Below, one piece after another: positions 9,901 to 18,266 of a stretch of DNA of 64,000 nt. Below the pieces are notes generated by a model. The model searched no databases. It was given only the letters and a program-made list of their open reading frames with translations, and was not told where the DNA came from. Numbering within the stretch: position 1 is the first letter of the stretch; every line of letters begins with the position of its first letter. This DNA comes from an uncultured virus (IMG/VR IMGVR_UViG_3300009378_000006). Lineage: Duplodnaviria > Heunggongvirae > Uroviricota > Caudoviricetes. Made by a program: the position numbers and the translations under genes. The stretch lies in the IMG/VR virus record IMGVR_UViG_3300009378_000006. One strand, 5' to 3'.

Positions 9901-12755
9901 TCGAGGACTTCATTCGGAGGCAGGTGGTCACTCCCGAGAAGGCACGCTACATCCTGCCCATCACCGCAGCGGAGATGACGGGAGGCCTTGCCAGCCTCGG
10001 TGTAGGCGCCGGCGTGGGCACGCTCGGCGCAGCGGCCCAGTACCGGAAGGGCGTCTCCCTTGAGCGGGAGTTCCGAGGCAGGCTGCGCAAGGACCGGGAG
10101 AAGCGTGGGTCTGGCGAATTCGTTTTGGACTTCTCCCCAGAAAACGCCCCTACTACGGGTCCAATTTTGGAAACCCAACTGGACAAGTTGGGGGCGGAGC
10201 AGGTCGGACTGGAGAAGACGGCGCTCAACGAGCGGCTGCTTGTACGCGTCTTGGGGAGGGAACTGGAGCGGCATGGGATCACTGCGCGGCGAGCCCTCGC
10301 AGAGTACAACTACGGGTTTGGGAAGCAGGATCTCCCTGTCGCGCTTGCACGTCAGATCGACGAGCTCGCGGGCGCCGTAAAACCGCACACACCTTCTCGC
10401 TGGAGACAGGGCGTGGCGCCCTCCCGCGATGCGGCGGCCAGGAGGGGCGTGCTCCTTGGGCGGAAGGGGAGATCCCCGCGGTCCCTCACCCCCATGCAAG
10501 AGGCCGAGCGGCAGGGGACAGAGCGCCTCATCCTGTCTGGGCGGCATGGGGAACCGGAGATCATCCCAGGCGGCGGGCCCGGGTCTCGCATGCTTTGGGC
10601 ATCCCCGGAGTCTGTAGTGATCAAGGGACTGGATGCGAAAAGAGGCCAATGGGCGTATCGTGGTCACCAGCCGTCACCAAGCCCTGCGCCTCCTGGGTCT
10701 CGTTGGGTCACCGGACATTCTGAGGTCGCCAGGAACTACGCTGGGTCCCTGCCTGCAGGGGAGAAGGGGCTGGGGGATGTCTATTTCGCAGTCTATGACC
10801 CGAGAAGGATCAGAGACAAGGGCCCATGGACGAGGCATGAGGGTTTGGACGTCCGAAACCTCCCCCTAGTCTCCCGCCTGCTACATCGCATCAATACAGC
10901 GCTCGGGAGGTCCCGGAAGAACTTCGGAAGCGAGGTTGGGTGGTCCCCTTACTACGAGAGGGTGGTGCATGGCGGACAACTCGCCGATGCGCAAGTGGCC
11001 TCGTACAAACAGCTGCCGAGTGGGAACTTCATGCGGGTGAGGGGCACCCACCCGTTCCCGGGTGCCGAGGAGCTAATCAGTAAGGCGGAAACGCCGAAAT
11101 GGTCCCTGTGGGACAGGTTCTGGGGGGGCCCCGTACGGAGAGAGGCCAAAGAGCTTCAGAGGAGGCTGATACAACTCCGACTTGGTGGGGGCCTGTCTGC
11201 GTCCCAGAAGGCGCGCGCGGACAAGCTGACGCCAGTTCTGGGGCATTTCAGTCATGTGCATGACGTACCGGGTGTGACTCGCCTGAAGAAGCCGATGGAC
11301 GAGGTAGTGAGCTCTGCACGGAAGAAGGTGCTGACGCTCGGTCTAGTTGGGCGGCGCGGGGCGCAGACCCCCCTGGAGGGTCACAACGCATACCTCAAGA
11401 ACTTGGATAACCTCTTCCACAAAAACAAACTGGCCAAGTTGGGTGAGTACGCGCCAGGGCTGCCCAACAAGAAGAAGCGCACCGACCCCCCGAAGCTGAC
11501 CAGCCCGCAGACGATGGAGTTCGTCACCCAGCTGCATCACGCGCACAAGGCGGGGCCGCACATCGACCTGCGCATCGGCGACACCAAGTCGGGGATCGCC
11601 CATTCCTGGGCGCTGCCGAAGGTCATCGTGCCGCAGCCCGGGGAGAGGGTCCTGGCCGTGCAGCAGCCGGACCACACCCTGCGCTACATGGACTTCCGTG
11701 GGCTCATCGGCAAGGGGTACGGGGCGGGGACCGTGAAGGCCGTGGACCGGCTCCAGACCGAGGTGCACCACTCCGAGCCGGGGAAGCTGAAGTTCCGCCT
11801 GGACCGCGGACGCGGGGACGAGGAGTTCATCTTGCGGCGCACAGGCAAGGGCGACCAGAGCACGAAGTGGCTCCTGCAGAACGTCACCAAGACCGCCGCG
11901 GCCATGGAGGAGCACGTGGCCTCCTCCAGCGAGCAGGTCCTGGCGACCGTGCGCGAGCGGGTGAAGCTGGCGGCCGCGGACCCCGTCATCCCGACCCCGC
12001 GGCACCTCGAGATGGCCGAGGAGATCGTCACCGGCGACAGTCTGTCGCAGGACGACTGGGGCACGTTCCGACAACGACTGCAACGGAGCCCTGGCTATCG
12101 GCAGGCGGTTCTGCTACACCCCCAGGCCGACGCCAAGCTGAAGAGGCACGTGCGGGCCATGGGGGCTCTGCACGAGGGAACCCACCTAAAAAAGGTGCAG
12201 TCGCTGAGCGGGCCCCAGAAGTACCAGCTGAAGCTGATGTCTTCTGGGCGCCTGGGCTGCACCTGCCCAGACTGGCGATACCGCAAGTCGCACGGTGGGG
12301 GCGACTGCAAGCACGTTCGGGCGTTCCGGTCGGCCTACGACGCAGGTGAGATGCCGCGGGGCTACAAGGGACTGGAGAACGCCCTGAAGAAGACATCCGC
12401 CGTGGTCTCCTCCAAGGTCATCCAGCAGTCGCTCGACGAGCTGCCGAGGCTCTTGCAGAGCGCCGTGAAGAACTACCCCCAGCAGACCATCCGGTCCGCG
12501 GAGGTAGTCGCTCAGGCGCCGGCGTGGATCCGCGCGCTGATGCCGCAGGGGCTGCGCCGCCAGGTGGGGTCGGCCGGGTGGACCGCGGACATCATGACGA
12601 AGGGGGCGCCCTCGCCCACGGAGCTCATGGCCAAGCGGATGTCGGCGCAGTTCGACCAGCGTGCGACGAAGAGCCTGCGGGACGCCTACCAGGCTGCCCT
12701 GATGCGGAACCCCAACCTCAGCATCCCAGACAGCGTCCGCCGGATGGGCTTCTAG
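6951..12755 (+). CDS. 1934-aa polyvalent polyprotein: MPFKS leader, 2 ART-like modules, inorganic pyrophosphatase-like domain, helical repeats, LigD 3'-phosphoesterase domain, SWIM finger
   Basis: InPase motifs (ENKRG, YGEVRRTMGPDGDPVDVFVG, YDEDKCMLGF); LigD-PE motifs (QLHHA, HIDLR, SWALPK, LAVQQPDH, GYGAGTV); SWIM CTCPDWRYR...CKH; duplicated EKTALNERLL modules. Confidence 0.85.
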   Translation: MPFKSEAQRRKFYAMAARGEISEETLKEWQDSTGDKELPEKVGKEKTALNERLLARAFGKELERHGLKAGEVLDELIHNYGKVEIPKRLRKGIVGFAIKTSPDVRAGLDPLAGYFKATRMVTRLPLDHPARNVDAARKRFVDMAEKRYWERAAAEAKRGRETMLSGRHQGAGAAVPKVPSTVSEEGAVLGGTTYNPDAIGYKGSRALSTLGGSGPGERWITAHPDVAAGYARRPSRFAAEARISAHDLSRAKDWTGGWTPHIARPLAEGEVGAQSPEALKALLGEAEAGILRRKGNFWGRSPTYEGVATADDLARSLLAEYKQLPGGGYMRVRGAPVLGEWSAAAPQVKVSHVKEAKQVRLGPPPKRNRKQWPYQGTINFRGLDILVENKRGTDRVWTDENSNETGRTRMHHHYGEVRRTMGPDGDPVDVFVGPDAGSDVVYIVHQMKRPKYKEYDEDKCMLGFRTAKEAKAAYLKHYDNPKFFGSMTTMSFDDFAKLLRRRDVRGKRITEALIKVGAQLFFPSVKTASTVRELFREEMSKTGAAQGEEKLASSEYVVPERQFRPGGLVGDFAAGMDPTGTWTTGLSKRTESRYPTGGAKARHAAGYGAAVTGGLVGGGVLLPGTVSGILGAARGVAQTGGGAGQRALGAARGFTKGFAAPFKGLARGARLHRWMRGVHKGGQPMHVPERMVRDVADTAKGVTFGSLFRGKGGAPNNLLHDVGSKMRAGGEYSLDDIASFLHSKGYGPEQITSYMKQRGMSPEHIGHAMERVKGLSPEQTGAWLRQKGVSEEVVSNYLTSRGLAPSFVTDALTARGVTPANAQKVWGELQKVTNPQQAAKMLEAHGLTPEQAAQILRQRGATLEGVGQHMSAKGLDVAAQTRRLEQFGVTPERAGKVFQAMEGATPERAAQILRDSGVSPENIVKVLAERGVGQRAATFAVERLGVSRDAASRLFANIHKITPEAAAKRLQQEIGNQKLTRGQIEDFIRRQVVTPEKARYILPITAAEMTGGLASLGVGAGVGTLGAAAQYRKGVSLEREFRGRLRKDREKRGSGEFVLDFSPENAPTTGPILETQLDKLGAEQVGLEKTALNERLLVRVLGRELERHGITARRALAEYNYGFGKQDLPVALARQIDELAGAVKPHTPSRWRQGVAPSRDAAARRGVLLGRKGRSPRSLTPMQEAERQGTERLILSGRHGEPEIIPGGGPGSRMLWASPESVVIKGLDAKRGQWAYRGHQPSPSPAPPGSRWVTGHSEVARNYAGSLPAGEKGLGDVYFAVYDPRRIRDKGPWTRHEGLDVRNLPLVSRLLHRINTALGRSRKNFGSEVGWSPYYERVVHGGQLADAQVASYKQLPSGNFMRVRGTHPFPGAEELISKAETPKWSLWDRFWGGPVRREAKELQRRLIQLRLGGGLSASQKARADKLTPVLGHFSHVHDVPGVTRLKKPMDEVVSSARKKVLTLGLVGRRGAQTPLEGHNAYLKNLDNLFHKNKLAKLGEYAPGLPNKKKRTDPPKLTSPQTMEFVTQLHHAHKAGPHIDLRIGDTKSGIAHSWALPKVIVPQPGERVLAVQQPDHTLRYMDFRGLIGKGYGAGTVKAVDRLQTEVHHSEPGKLKFRLDRGRGDEEFILRRTGKGDQSTKWLLQNVTKTAAAMEEHVASSSEQVLATVRERVKLAAADPVIPTPRHLEMAEEIVTGDSLSQDDWGTFRQRLQRSPGYRQAVLLHPQADAKLKRHVRAMGALHEGTHLKKVQSLSGPQKYQLKLMSSGRLGCTCPDWRYRKSHGGGDCKHVRAFRSAYDAGEMPRGYKGLENALKKTSAVVSSKVIQQSLDELPRLLQSAVKNYPQQTIRSAEVVAQAPAWIRALMPQGLRRQVGSAGWTADIMTKGAPSPTELMAKRMSAQFDQRATKSLRDAYQAALMRNPNLSIPDSVRRMGF
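9141..9945 (+). repeat. Degenerate ~14-aa tandem helical repeats (G-h-[ST]-P-E-x4-h-L) within the polyprotein
   Basis: KGYGPEQI, RGMSPEHI, KGLSPEQT, KGVSEEVV, RGVTPANA, HGLTPEQA, FGVTPERA, EGATPERA, SGVSPENI. Confidence 0.75.
12034..12048. promoter_or_regulatory. Palindrome GCGACAGWCTGTCGC copy 1
   Basis: GCGACAGTCTGTCGC, perfect. Confidence 0.8.
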
Positions 12756-13394
12756 TCAGAAGCTGGCCTTCCGTGCCGACCTGTACGGGGCGCCCTTGTC
12801 CAGGAACTTCTCGGTGTAGCGCATCCGGTGGATGGGGCTGGCCCCCTGGTTCTTGAGGCCCTCGATGTGGTGGGCCGTCGGGTACCCCACGTTCGTGTCG
12901 AACCTGTACCCAGGGTACAACTCGGCGTACTCGCGCATCAGGCGGTCCCGCCAGACCTTGGCGATGATGGAGGCCGCGGACACCTGCCACCACTGCTGGT
13001 CGGCCTTGTTCAGGGCCAGCTGAGGCAGGCCCAGCGCGCGCAGCTTGTACTTCTCGCCGTCGACGATGACGATGTCGGGGGAGACCTCGAGGTCCTTCAC
13101 GGCGCGCCGTAGAGCCTGCTTGTGCGCGACGTGGATCTCCAGCTTGTCGATCTCCTCGGGGGTGGCCCACCCGATGCCCACGTCGACGGCTGCGTCGATG
13201 AGGGGCTCGAAGAGGCGCTCGCGCGCCGTGGGGGTCAGCTGCTTGCTGTCCCGGTAGCGGTGGTTCTTGACCCGCACGACGCGGGCGAAGAGCTCGGGGA
13301 ACGGGCAGACGAGCTCGTTGTACAGGGCGGCGACGGCGACGACAGGCCCCGCCAGGGGGCCCACGCCGACCTCGTCCAGCCCCGCCACGATCAT
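12756..13394 (-). CDS. rnhB: Ribonuclease HII
   Basis: MIVAGLDEVGVGPLAGPVV, RDSKQL, IVDG, KAD...VSAASIIAKVWRD, GYPT..H, IHR; SD GGAGGAGG before ATG at 13394. Confidence 0.95.
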   Translation of the reverse strand: MIVAGLDEVGVGPLAGPVVAVAALYNELVCPFPELFARVVRVKNHRYRDSKQLTPTARERLFEPLIDAAVDVGIGWATPEEIDKLEIHVAHKQALRRAVKDLEVSPDIVIVDGEKYKLRALGLPQLALNKADQQWWQVSAASIIAKVWRDRLMREYAELYPGYRFDTNVGYPTAHHIEGLKNQGASPIHRMRYTEKFLDKGAPYRSARKASF

Positions 13395-13834
13395 CTGCCC
13401 CTCCTCCGTTTGGACGTTGAACTTCTTCCGAAGCCACCGCCTCGTCGCGAGGGCACTGGCCGTTTGTCCCATGGGGTGTAGTTGGTTCCTCCGCCGCCCC
13501 GGTACTTGATGTGCAGGGTGGCAGTGATGGCCAGGGGAGTGATCTCCACCGACCGGGGTTCGACATCGTTCAGCCTGGCCCACTGGGTGACCAGGTCCTT
13601 CACGTAGCGGTCGCTTCCGTCCTCGAGGGGGTGCTGCAGCTGGAAGGTGACCGTGGCGAGGTCCTTGCGGGTCGGGTCCTCGCTGATGCTGGAGCTGAGC
13701 AGGTTGCCGCAGGCCCTGTGCAGGGACCCGTAGAGCGCCTCGACCCACTCCAGCCTCTGGGCTAATAGACGGTCGACGGGCGGCCCCGGGGAATCCCCGG
13801 AGCCACCCGCACCCTTGTTCGGTCCGTCAGCCAT
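13391..13834 (-). CDS. Hypothetical protein
   Basis: Coupled to both neighbours; start MADGPNK chosen from the overlap. Confidence 0.55.
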   Translation of the reverse strand: MADGPNKGAGGSGDSPGPPVDRLLAQRLEWVEALYGSLHRACGNLLSSSISEDPTRKDLATVTFQLQHPLEDGSDRYVKDLVTQWARLNDVEPRSVEITPLAITATLHIKYRGGGGTNYTPWDKRPVPSRRGGGFGRSSTSKRRRGR

Positions 13835-14213
13835 CGTCCCGGCAGAGCCGGAGGAACGGGCGACCCCCACCCCTCGGCTTGACCTCCTCGACCAGCGCCT
13901 TGCGGCCGAGCAGGCTCACGCCCTCGAGCCCGGCCTTCTTCCGCGCCTCGCGGACCAGGGCCTGCAGCTCCGTGGCGTTGGGGCAGGGAGCCTGCTGCCC
14001 CAGACGCTTGTCGATGACGCGGATGCGGCCCTGGTTGACAGAGCCGTCGTCCATCCGGTGGATGTAGGTCAGGTCGACCTCGATGCGGGGCAGGTAGGTG
14101 ATGACGATCCCTCCCTTGTCCTGGTTCTTCTGGGGACGGAAGAAGGGCTGGATGGACGTCAGTTCGACCTCGAACGCGGTGGGACCACTCTCAGCTTGCG
14201 GCATGTTGTGCAC
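13827..14213 (-). CDS. Hypothetical protein
   Basis: SD GAGGAG; genome-typical codon use. Confidence 0.6.
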   Translation of the reverse strand: MHNMPQAESGPTAFEVELTSIQPFFRPQKNQDKGGIVITYLPRIEVDLTYIHRMDDGSVNQGRIRVIDKRLGQQAPCPNATELQALVREARKKAGLEGVSLLGRKALVEEVKPRGGGRPFLRLCRDDG

Positions 14214-14251
14214 CTCCTCTAGGCATAGCTGTTGGCTCCCTTATGCCCATT

Positions 14252-15136
14252 TCAGTCCAGATCTTCCCTCTCGCCGAGGGCCCATTCCAGCGCGTCGATC
14301 CGTCCCTGGAGGTTGTTGATGTCGGCGGTGAAGGCGACCACGCGGCCCGCGTTGGCGCCGTCGTTGACGATGTCCTGGATGGTGGTGGGCTTGTCGCGGT
14401 TCACCTCCATCATGGCCTCCTGCCGGGCGGTCATCTCACCGAGCTGCCCCTTCAGCTGCTTGACCGTCTTCTTGCCCGACTTGCGGCCGGTCTGCTGACG
14501 TACCTGCTGGCGCTTCTTGGTGACGTCGCCCTTCTTGCGGCCCTTCTTCTTCTCCTGCGTGTGGGCGTCGGCCGCCTGCTTCTGCTCCTCCGGGGGCTTC
14601 TGGGAGTAGTCGTAGGCGGCGTCGATGGAGACGTCCCCCTTGTGGACGCTGTCCATCAGCTCGGAGGTGGCATCCTTCTTCAGCTTCATCAGCCGCTGCA
14701 CGTGCCGGGTGGAGACACCCAGAGTCGTGGCGATCTCCGCCGGCGACATGCCGAAGCGCGCGAGGGTCTCGCAGGCCACGCACATCTCGGCGGGGGTGTA
14801 CGCCTTGCGGTCGACGTCCAGGACGATGCCGGCGATGTTGGCGTCGCGGCGGGAGCCCTGGAGGCTGTAGTAGGGGACGCCGTCGGGGAAGCGAGCGGCG
14901 AAGTCGTCGGGGTGGTCGGTGGAGAGCATCTCGAGGGCGAGGTAGCGGCGCATGCCGTCGGCCAGGTAGGCGTCGCCCTTGTCGTCGAACCAGATGCCGA
15001 GGGGATCGGAGAGTCCTTGCGTCTTGATCCGGAAGGAGAGACCCTCCACGTCACCGAAGTCCCTCCTGGGATTCTCGATGACCTCGGGGTCCACGATGAT
15101 GGCGTCGAACGGGATGACAGGTTGCTTGTCGGTCAT
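14252..15136 (-). CDS. ParB/Srx N-terminal domain protein with HTH
   Basis: NPRRDF..VEGL...I...GL..PL, LADGMRRYLAL (ParB box), HTH GMSPAEIATTLGVSTRHVQR, C-terminal coiled coil. Confidence 0.85.
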   Translation of the reverse strand: MTDKQPVIPFDAIIVDPEVIENPRRDFGDVEGLSFRIKTQGLSDPLGIWFDDKGDAYLADGMRRYLALEMLSTDHPDDFAARFPDGVPYYSLQGSRRDANIAGIVLDVDRKAYTPAEMCVACETLARFGMSPAEIATTLGVSTRHVQRLMKLKKDATSELMDSVHKGDVSIDAAYDYSQKPPEEQKQAADAHTQEKKKGRKKGDVTKKRQQVRQQTGRKSGKKTVKQLKGQLGEMTARQEAMMEVNRDKPTTIQDIVNDGANAGRVVAFTADINNLQGRIDALEWALGEREDLD

Positions 15137-15192
15137 GGTCTCCTCTGTATGGTAAGGTTGCCTGTACCCAGATTTGTTGACAAGGAGGCTGT

Positions 15193-18100
15193 GTGCATCA
15201 GCCACTGTTTCATTCCCCAGGGCTGGCCCGGGTAGGTGTGAGTCGGGACGAGGCCCTCGCCCGAAGGGAAGAGGTACACGACCCGGAGTCCATGGTCTAC
15301 GCCCGGCCCTCGGACTTCACCGAGTACGCCATCCGCGTGGTCGACCAGAAGGCCAACAAGGTCGTCCCCTTCTCGTACAAGGAGCGTCGCTACCTCCGAC
15401 GGATCTACGACACAGGGGCCAAGCGCGTCCTGCTGAAGTGTGGCCGGCAGGTCGAGAAGACGCTGCACAAGTGTTCAGTAGTCACGACGGTGTCCGGTGC
15501 CCCGAAGACGATGGAGGACATCGAGGTAGGTGACCGAGTCATTGGCTTGGCTCCCGACGGGGCTCACACCGCCACGGGGGAAGTCACCTGGAAGTCTGAG
15601 GAGTACTCCAAGCCCTGCGTCCGGATGCGGACCCGACAGGGGCACGAGATCATCATCGCACTTACACACCCTATGCGGACGTGGGGATCTTGGACGGAGG
15701 GCTCTGATCTGCGTGTTGGTACCAGGCTGGCCGTGGCAAGGCAGGCCGGGTTCTTCACGTGCCGAGGAGGGTCTGTCCTCAAGGACGAGTGGGTGGCTCT
15801 CGCTGGGGCGATGATTGCGGAGGGGGGTTGTGGTGGAAGCAGCTCCCCGAACTTCACGCAGAACGAGGGGGCACTGCTCGACGACGTCCTCGACGCCTGC
15901 GTTCAGCTGGAGATTCCCTACAACCCGCACGAGAAGACGGACAGTGACGGCAGCTGGGTCCTGACGTTCGTTCAGCCTGAGCCTGGCGTGGACAACCCGG
16001 TCACGACCAAGCTGAAGCAGTGGGGGCTGTATGGCACCACCTCCCACACCAAGTTCGTTCCGGACTTCGTCTACGAGCTGTCCCCCGGCCAGACGGCCCT
16101 CTTCCTCAACCGCCTCTGGGCCGGCGATGGGCACTGCAGCCTGCAGGACTCCTCGTACCACATCGAGTACGACACCGTATCCGAGCGGCTGGCGCGGGAT
16201 GTTCAACGCCTCCTCTGGAAATTCGGCATCCCCACCAGCTTCCGAAGGTGGAAGCCGAAGTTGTACTTGGGGACCGACAAGTGGGCCTACAAGCTCCGCG
16301 TCGAGACGCAGGAGGGCGCCCGTAGATTCGTCGAGCACATAGGCGCGCTGAGCAAGACCGAGCACCTCCCCCTGTTGGGCGTTGACGAGAACAGCAACCG
16401 CGACACGTACCCGATGGAGATTGCGGAGGACATCAAAGCCATCCACCGCTCCCGCGAGGGCTACGCTCGTCGAGGTCGGTGGGTGCCCCAGCCCTCTCTC
16501 CGCTCGGCCGGTCTGCGCGAGAAGCCCAAGTACTCTCCCAGCAAGGCGAAGCTGCGGGAGTACGTCGAGTTCTTCCGGGCCGATGCTCGCTTCGACCAGG
16601 AGGCAGTGGACGAGCTCGAGGCCCACCTGGACACGGATCTGTTCTGGGATGAGGTCGTTGAGTACGTGGAGATTGGGGAGCAGCCCTGCTACGACATCAC
16701 GGTGGCTGCTACGGACAGCTTCATCGCCGATGGGTTCATCACCCACAACAGCACCATGCTCGGCAACCGGATGCTGTCGATGTGCTGCCTCAACACAGGC
16801 TTCAAGTGCCTGTACGTGTCCCCCACCCACTCCCAGACGAACACGTTCAGCCGCGACAGACTGTCGGATCCCATCACGCTGTCGCCGATCCTGTCGTCCT
16901 GGACGACGACCAAACTCACCGACAACATCCACCTCAAGAAGTTCATCAACCACAGCAACATCACCCTGCGCTACGCGTACCACAACGCCGACCGTACTCG
17001 AGGTATCCCCTCGGACATGGTCACCATCGACGAGCTGCAGGACATCCTGATGACCAACATCCCGGTCATCGAGGAGACGGCCTCCCACTCCCCCTGGGGC
17101 ATCTTCGTCTACTCGGGCACCCCGAAGACGACGGACAACCCCATGGAGCACTACTGGGTCTACTACTCGCGGCAGAACGAGTGGATGGTCCCGTGCGAGC
17201 GCCACGGCCTCCCCCGGCGGCCGGCCAGCTGGCACTGGAACATCCTGGGCGAGCGCAACATCGGCAAGCACGGCCCCATCTGCGACAAGTGCGGCGAGAC
17301 CATCGACCCGATGCACCCCAAGGCGCACTGGCGGTCGCTCAACCCCAAGCCCGACATCCCCGAGCCGTTCGAGGGCTTCCGCATCCCGCAGCTGATGGTG
17401 CCCTGGATCGGGTGGACCGACATCCTCCAGAAGCAGAAGTTCTACGGCCGGGCCCAGTTCTACAACGAGGTCCTGGGCCTGAGCTACGACTCGGGGACCC
17501 GCCCCATCACGCGCAGGCACCTGCGAGCGCTGTGCAACCCCGAGCTGTCGATGTCGCGGGAGGGGCTGGAGAAGGTCCGGGAGAACATGGGCGGTGCCCG
17601 GGTCTTCATGGGCGTCGACTGGACCGGCGGGAGCAACAAGAGCTTCACGGTCGCCACCCTGGGGGCGTACCTCCCGGGGAGCCGGAAGTTCACCTACTTC
17701 TACGTGCACAGGTTCGAGGGCCAGGAGTCGGAGCCAGAGACCCAGCTCGAGCTCCTCAAGCAGCTCATCCGCAACTGGAACGTCGACGTCGTGGGTGTGG
17801 ACTTCGGCGGCGGCTACTGGCCGAACAACGAGCTCATCAAGACCTTCGGCCCCCAGCGGGTCATCAAGTGGCAGTACAGCCAGCCCAACGAGAAGTGGCG
17901 GTGGGACGCGGGCCAGCAGCGGTACATGGTGAATCGCACGGCCGTGATGACCGACTTCTTCAACGCGCTGAAGCACGCCGACCGCCAGATCTTCGAGCTC
18001 CCCAAGTGGGAGGAGTTCCGTGAGCCCTACGCCACGGACTTCACCAACATCTTCAGCGAGTACAACGAGTCCCTCCGGCTCGACGAGTACAAGCTGGCCC

Positions 18101-18204
18101 CAGAGATGACGGACGACACCTGCCACTCCGCCCTCCTGTGCCTGCTGGCCTCCACCCTCCGGATCCCCCGCCTCGACATCTTCGCCGTACAGCAGGAAAC
18201 ATAG
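15193..18204 (+). CDS. terL: Terminase large subunit (GpA-like), interrupted by an intein
   Basis: Spliced Walker A region KCGRQVEK/STMLG; Walker B VTIDELQD; YSGTPK; nuclease FMGVDW and DDTCHS; SD AAGGAGG. Confidence 0.9.
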   Translation: MHQPLFHSPGLARVGVSRDEALARREEVHDPESMVYARPSDFTEYAIRVVDQKANKVVPFSYKERRYLRRIYDTGAKRVLLKCGRQVEKTLHKCSVVTTVSGAPKTMEDIEVGDRVIGLAPDGAHTATGEVTWKSEEYSKPCVRMRTRQGHEIIIALTHPMRTWGSWTEGSDLRVGTRLAVARQAGFFTCRGGSVLKDEWVALAGAMIAEGGCGGSSSPNFTQNEGALLDDVLDACVQLEIPYNPHEKTDSDGSWVLTFVQPEPGVDNPVTTKLKQWGLYGTTSHTKFVPDFVYELSPGQTALFLNRLWAGDGHCSLQDSSYHIEYDTVSERLARDVQRLLWKFGIPTSFRRWKPKLYLGTDKWAYKLRVETQEGARRFVEHIGALSKTEHLPLLGVDENSNRDTYPMEIAEDIKAIHRSREGYARRGRWVPQPSLRSAGLREKPKYSPSKAKLREYVEFFRADARFDQEAVDELEAHLDTDLFWDEVVEYVEIGEQPCYDITVAATDSFIADGFITHNSTMLGNRMLSMCCLNTGFKCLYVSPTHSQTNTFSRDRLSDPITLSPILSSWTTTKLTDNIHLKKFINHSNITLRYAYHNADRTRGIPSDMVTIDELQDILMTNIPVIEETASHSPWGIFVYSGTPKTTDNPMEHYWVYYSRQNEWMVPCERHGLPRRPASWHWNILGERNIGKHGPICDKCGETIDPMHPKAHWRSLNPKPDIPEPFEGFRIPQLMVPWIGWTDILQKQKFYGRAQFYNEVLGLSYDSGTRPITRRHLRALCNPELSMSREGLEKVRENMGGARVFMGVDWTGGSNKSFTVATLGAYLPGSRKFTYFYVHRFEGQESEPETQLELLKQLIRNWNVDVVGVDFGGGYWPNNELIKTFGPQRVIKWQYSQPNEKWRWDAGQQRYMVNRTAVMTDFFNALKHADRQIFELPKWEEFREPYATDFTNIFSEYNESLRLDEYKLAPEMTDDTCHSALLCLLASTLRIPRLDIFAVQQET
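15460..16749 (+). mobile_element. Intein (430 aa) with LAGLIDADG homing endonuclease
   Basis: Begins TLHKCSVVTT, has IEVGDRV, LAGAMIAEGG and FLNRLWAGDG, ends CYDITV...FIADGFITHN followed by Ser+1. Confidence 0.9.
16853..16867. promoter_or_regulatory. Palindrome copy 2
   Basis: GCGACAGACTGTCGG (14/15). Confidence 0.75.
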
Positions 18205-18212
18205 GGCTACGA

Positions 18213-18242
18213 CGTGGGGGCCCGCGGATGCGGGCCCCCACG
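18213..18242. terminator. 13-bp perfect GC hairpin between convergent genes
   Basis: CGTGGGGGCCCGC-GGAT-GCGGGCCCCCACG; no U tract. Confidence 0.6.
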
Positions 18243-18266
18243 CACCCACGCGAGGTAGCGGGGGTA

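Noticed and set aside
13395..13748. N-terminal extension of RNase HII in the ORF track
   Set aside because: A strong SD and the family start (MIVAGLDE) place the start at 13394, and the extension overlaps another gene.
15460..16749. Class 3 (WCT) intein
   Set aside because: Block B has no Trp two residues after His, and block F position 4 is Asp rather than Cys.
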